Made by a program: the position numbers and the translations under genes
Part shown: positions 57,985-64,000 of the stretch, in pieces
Position numbering within the stretch: position 1 is the first letter of the stretch
Layout of the letters: the number at the start of each line of letters is the position of its first letter
DNA from: Nageia nagi
Taxonomy: Eukaryota; Plantae; Pinophyta
DNA length: 64,000 nucleotides
Reading direction: 5' to 3'
Assembly: GCA_050084985.1 (NCBI GenBank)
Contig: JBITNC010000001.1
Coordinates: 10,602,001-10,666,000 of the forward strand
Notes under the pieces: model-generated
What the model saw: only the letters and a program-made list of their open reading frames with translations
Databases searched by the model: none
What the model was told of the DNA's origin: nothing

Positions 57985-59850
57985 ATGCCAATAGACATCC
58001 TAGGTGACACGTAGGACTGACTTGGACATAGAGACCACTAACTTAGTAATAGATGAGATGAACTAACTAATAAAGACTAACATCTCAAAATTTATACCAG
58101 ATGAAACTCAAGCACAAGTTTCAATTGCTTTGGATAAAGGTTGCGAGTAGCATTGAAACCAACGAATTAGGCTTGCCTAGAGGCGTGGGATTAGCAAGAG
58201 CTAGCTAGGATTCTCCTAATTAAGTGAGACATATCCTATATGATAATGCTCAGAGAGCGCTATGACCCAGATCATTCGACCTTCCTTCTCTCGGGGGGAA
58301 AATGATAGTGACATTGGAGGACATATACAAGATTCTATAGGTACCCCTTGAGGAAGAGCTAGTTACAATAGACACTGCCAAGGTGGTCATACATCCCTAT
58401 GTCAATGAGGGGTATCGGACATGGGATCTCTCCAATGAAGGGGTGCTCATTGATCTACTCTATCATCAAGGTTGCCTTGGGGGTAGGGAGGTGATAACGA
58501 TGCTCCTCATTTCATCCTTCATCTTACCAGATTCCTCGAGACCCAGGTTCCCTTGGAACATGTTCATGGTGGTGAGGTTGATGGTTCTAAAGAGTATAGT
58601 GTTTGCTTGGGGACCAGCATTGCTGGCATATACCTATGGGGAGTTGGTCGCAATATCCAAAGGACATCGAGGTGTGAGCACCTATCTCTTGCTCTAGATA
58701 TGGGCATGGGAGCACATTCATCCTGGGAGGTCGAACAAATTGCCTATGGATGTACATAAGCTAGAGATGACGAGGGACATACCCCCAATGGCAAGGACAC
58801 AGATGCCATATGCTTGACGTTGGGATTACAATCAGAAGATACTAAAAAGACACCCTCATGAGGGCTATACACATTGGTATAAGGATATGCTTATGGGGCT
58901 ACAACCCTAAGATATCATTTATCAACCATATCAAGGGGAACCCATATGGATGGAGGATGTAGTGCAGTTGGCACGTGCCTCTAAGACTAGGCACATAAGA
59001 GGTTGACATGTTAGGTATGTGGAGATCTTTTGGTTTGAGAGGGTCCAGCACCAGCACAGGCTGGTACAGGATGTGTTGCCATATCCAACTCTATGGTAGA
59101 GTGGGTAGGGAGGGCTTTGCAAGGTTGAGGTTAGCATATATCGATCCAAATGCGATGCTAGATGCTCTAGTGGTTAAGGTTGTAGAGGAGGATTGGGCAC
59201 CACACCTGGGTATGATGCTTAATGGGCCCCATAGGGGGACTAGCTCCCTACATGGCTCATTTCAAAGAGGCAAAGGGGAGCTCCTTTTGTAGACCCATGG
59301 GTCCCTGATGGAGGAGTTGGCCCATTTGCCAAGGAGGAGGTGGTCAAAGAGGTCGAGGGGGAGGATGAGGGAGAGGGAAATGATGCCCAAGAAGATGATG
59401 ATGAGGAGGAGGCTCCTAGGATGGAGGACATTCTCAAGTAGCCCAAGTAGGAGGAGGTTGAGTCGGAGAGAGGGGAGCTGAGAGTTTGAGCTATAGGAGC
59501 TCAATCCTTATATGATATAATTCCAAATAGAGCATGATGCATTACAGGCCCAGTTCAATGCCATGTAAGTGTAGCTAGACCTGATGCAAACTTAGTTGAT
59601 AAGAGAGTAAGTGGCTAGGACCACGGTAGAGGTAGCACAGGCGATAGCCAAGGCAATGTGAACAATCATTGATACAATGAGAGAAGATGCAAACGGGCTA
59701 GCTAAGATACTATAGGGTCATCTTGAGGTGGAGCAAACAATGAGGACAAAGGTAGAGGGCTGGGCTAGGATCCTTCAAGGTGACATGCAATCATTACTGC
59801 TTTTTTTGTTACGGTGGCTAGGGAGAGAGATGCATTGAGAGTGCAACCTA
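57985..59850 (+). pseudogene. Plant mobile domain (PMD, aminotransferase-like) ORF, antisense to pol of E
   Basis: ERYDPDHSTFLL/MIVTLEDIYKIL*VP (58252-58350), WGPALLAYTYGEL (~58608) and LLL*IWAWEHI (~58690) match PMD consensus motifs, followed by an acidic tract and coiled coil. Boundaries approximate. Confidence 0.8.
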
Positions 59851-62800
59851 AGGGGGGCATGGGCCCAGGTGTAGAGATCAACACCTAAATAGATTCCCTA
59901 CTAATAGGGTTGGGGGATAAGAGATAGTTCTTAGTGGACATGGCATTTCATATGGACCCATAGGTGATAAGGAAAGGGATGGAACCTCCAATTACACCTA
60001 GTGATATGGCATGGCATTTGAGCTAATTATTAGATGAGGTAGATAGGCCAACATCATAGCACTAGCCTGGCATAGATAGTTGGTAGGAGGTAGGGATGGT
60101 CCCCATTGACCTAAAGGCATCGAGGATGATGTCTATCGCTAGGAGTTTGTCATGTAATGTGGCACAGAGCCAATAGAGTGAGGGACACTCAGTAGATAGC
60201 TAGTGCCTCCATAGGTATCAAGGGTAGTAGAGACCACCACGACCATAGAGATTGGGATAATGGGCGAGATTGGTGCAAGCATAGGTGGGCTCATCAGACA
60301 ATCCATCTCCTAGGTCATTGGGTAGTGTTTTAGCTTGCCACCCTCAGTGGGTCAGAGTGAGGTGATAGGCGAGAGTAGCCCATCAGGGGTAGGGAGAGAC
60401 GAGCACTCCCCCTAGCCAACGATGGGGGAGGGATGACCCCACACTTTAGGGGCATGAATTTGTGACATGACTATATACCATTTTTGGCACCACAATGTGT
60501 GCAAAACCATGTATACATTTTTGAGTTTAACATTCATGTATATGCATACATTGATAGATACCTAATGATGCATTTATTTTATGTATGTGACACATATTAT
60601 GGACTCTTTATATGCTCTCCTATATGACTTTTATACTGACATGTTATATGATATGGTATGATGAACTTTTATTGACCCTACATTGTATGGACATATGACG
60701 ATGGACATGACTGCACCATTTTGACATGCGTCTATGTGATATGATGACTTCATGGGACCGCATGCTTATGTATATAATTGTTATGGATTTATGGATTTAC
60801 TTGTATGTTATGCATATGAATTAGACTATGAATGGATGTGAATGATTAAGATGAAACCTAAAAAGACTTGAAAATGATCCCTTCAAATGAACATCAACAT
60901 TACCTTAAAAGGATAACTTAAAATGAACTCAAAAAGGAACTTAAAAGACTTGAAATGAACATTGATAAAAGACTTAAAATGGACCTAAAATGAACTTGAA
61001 GGAACATTTAAAATGAACCTAAAAGAAAGACCTAAAACGAACTTGTATGCTTAGCCACATCATATGGGTAAATGAACTTGTATTCTTAAACACACAAAAG
61101 AATAAATACAATGACAAACACAAAAATGATCATTAATAAATAAACACAAAATATAAATAATAAATAATGATAAATAATACGACAACAATAAAGCCTTCAA
61201 AAATGAAAATAAACCAAACACATGATCACAAATAAAATAACCAAATGAAGACCTACAAAATAAACATAAAAGAATGATGCCAAATAAGATAACATAATAA
61301 ATGACTCAACACACACAAAAAATCAAGGAAAATAAGACAAAATGTTGTCATAATTATGTTCGAATTTTGTCATGAGGGCACGTAAAATGAGGTAAGAGCA
61401 TGTTGAAAAGACCCTCTTGACATACTCGATTTACATTGATCATGATAAACATACTGATAAACATGATCAAAACATTGCCAAAATGCAACCAAATTGGATC
61501 GAAACTGAAACAAAGCAAAAATGACACTTGAAAATGTGAAAATTAGCAAAATTCGATAAACCATAACAAACAACGATGTTGACGATTTGATGAATTGTCT
61601 TGATGATATGATAGATAGTTGCATGATCTAATGCAGATGAAACAGTTCAAAAAATGAAGATCATTTTACCTATTTTCAAAATAAAAAAAAGAAGGCTACT
61701 TGGATTAGGGTGACAAACCTTCAATGTGTACTGAAAGTGAACTGTTACAATCAACCCTCAAAATGACTCACAAAAATGTATCAAACAATGAAGTTAGGTT
61801 ATAAAACTAGATGTGATGATCACATTTATATCGATTAAGGACTAAAAAAAGATGGATCTGAAAATAGACATTGTTTGATTCACCAAAATGATAAATTAAA
61901 TAGTCAATTTTTACAATGGTTAAATTTCATGACCACCATCCCTAAACCAAAATGAGCAACAAAATGACTCGAAACGATACAACATGATGTGATAAGACCT
62001 AATGAGACCAAATATGAATAATTTCCAAGCCAAGACCAAAATGTGACACGGGGCACCATGGTAGGGTGACCATGCACACATGCACAAAGGGCCAACTTCA
62101 TACTAGAAACCAATAGGCAAGATTTGATCGAAAATGAAAGAAATTGAATTTTTAGTGATACCAGTATGAAGGTGAAGCTAATGAAATTGATTTCTCATCA
62201 AACCATCAATGTTAGACTAGCTTACAAAATGAAAATGACATCCATTTTTTATAGAATGATAAACAATAAAACATAATAAAAGCGAACATAATGCGACGAA
62301 AGCAAAAATGACCATGACCATGATATCAAAATGATAATTAAAGAGACTAATAAAGAAAAAACAAAGTCAAAGAAGACTTGCATCCATGACTTAACGCAAG
62401 TCCATCTAGGTCACAAATCATGACAAGTTTGTATGGTATTTCCTTAAGAAACCATGATAGTCTATAGCCTGTGATCAATCCCAAGGGAGTGATTTTTCAA
62501 AAATCTCAATATGGTGACTAAAACTAAGATCCAAGTGGTTATATCCTCGTTGGGAATCCGTGAATCATGTATGTTGATAAGTGACATAGATGGACATGTG
62601 AAAATGCTAGGGATGGGGTCTTGCATGAGAAGAGTACAAAGAAACCCAACACAATAAACAAGATGAACAAAGATAATGATTCAAATACAGATAAGATGAA
62701 CACGATAGAAAAAAATGACTTAATTCAACTAAGTTATTTTGGGTCTAACTTCTACACATGTTTAGGACTGTTCTTACTTCATTACAGAATGAAGATAATG

Positions 62801-63239
62801 TCCAACAACCTTGAATCAAAGGAGGAAAGAGAGCAGGGGAAATAACATGATAAATGCAAGATGATGAAAAAAGGTAGAAATGACCCGATGATACAAGGAT
62901 CGATGCATGATAGGGAGATGAGTGACTGGTGGTCTTCATGCACCCAAAAATGTTAGGATGACACTAAAAATGGAGAACCAAGTATCGACTCCCAATGATA
63001 TGATAAAAAAAAAAACAAAGTGGTGAAATAAAATAAGTGGTACACATGCCTAAGCCTAAGGAAATGGTTGCATGTAAGTCATTCCTCAAAACTTAGGGTA
63101 ATATAAATGAGTGATTGGATCAAGATAATATGTTATGATAAACAAAACAAGGATGACAAGTTAAAATGCAAGCAAAAATGAACTAAATCGATAAACACAC
63201 ACAAAGATAAATAAAGACAAACAAGGCAAGGTAAACTAA

Positions 63240-64000
63240 ATGTAGAATGGATAAAGATGGAGGATATTGATAGGCTCCATCTCCTCTTGACCCTTTAGAT
63301 CTGCCAAATGGTAAGTGCCTGTATCGAATTTCTTCCTAACTATATAAGGCCCTAATCAATTTGCTACCAATTTGTCCCGTAAAGGCCTCTCAAGATGTGA
63401 TTGTTGCTAATTTTCTTTAAGTACTAAGTCATCAATTTCAAACTCTTTGGGCTGAACCTTTTTATTTTATATTGCTTCAACCACTTTTGATAAACCTTAT
63501 GATGGTGCATGGCATTGATGTATCTTCCATCAAGAAGGGTTAGCTTATCTAATTGAGTTTGCCTAGCATCCTCATTTAGAATGAGGCTTGTAATTGAACT
63601 CTTAAAGATGATATATCTACTCAAGGAGCATGACTTATTCAGTACCATAGACTAATAAGAAAGGGGTATTTATCATGAGCATCCTAATGCTGGTGTGATA
63701 GGCCCACAAAGCATAAGGGAGACACTTAAACCAATTTCTATGATTATCATTGACCATCTTCATCATAATGGTGATAATGGTTTTATTAAAAGATTCTTAT
63801 TATCTGTTACCCTAGGGGTAGTATGGAGTAGATAAGGAATACTAAATATTGTAATCATTGCATAGTGCCCTGACATGTTGATTCTTCAATGGTGTCCCAT
63901 TATCTGATATAATTTTATGGGGGTGCCAAAACTAAAAATAATATGGTTATCAATAAGTTGGCAATATTGGGACTAGTGGTAGACACAAGTGTCTCCACCT
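63240..64000 (-). pseudogene. Gypsy integrase core and C-terminus of element E
   Basis: FSFGTP..., NWFKCLPYALWAYHTSIR...TPFLLVYGTE, LTLLDGRYINAMHH, GTYHLADLKG...PINILHL. Confidence 0.9.

Larger units (their letters stand above)
54721..64000 (-). mobile_element. Element E: 3' part of an Ogre/Tat-type Ty3/gypsy retrotransposon, continuing beyond the window
   Basis: Integrase C-half on the minus strand, ~7 kb 3' region with an antisense PMD ORF, PPT and LTR. Confidence 0.8.

Overview
Eukaryotic, repeat-dense plant DNA; the element types and giant introns suggest a gymnosperm (inference). The only host gene is the 3' part of a + strand MORC6-like chromatin-silencing ATPase gene: 10 exons from 19848 to the stop at 52243, with an apparent +1 frameshift near 48460. 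Its 5' exons must lie upstream of the window, so 1-19847 is probably intron. The introns are packed with nested retroelements: a decayed Ty1/copia element (PBS 959-970), a Tat-type Ty3/gypsy element with both LTRs (D, 26446-39479), and three related 5-8 kb units (A 2661-7747, B 9325-17259, C 22237-42018). A, B and C have TGTTG...CAACA ends and 5-bp target-site duplications (TSDs), but no terminal direct repeats, no PBS/PPT and no gag-pol. Each carries one long decayed ORF of the same uncharacterised family. They look like giant solo LTRs with a gene inside the LTR. A distant homologue of that ORF sits between pol and the 3' LTR of D. Downstream of MORC is a second gypsy element (E, from about 54721 to beyond the window end) with an antisense plant-mobile-domain (PMD) ORF. 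All alignments were done by eye; no database searches were run.
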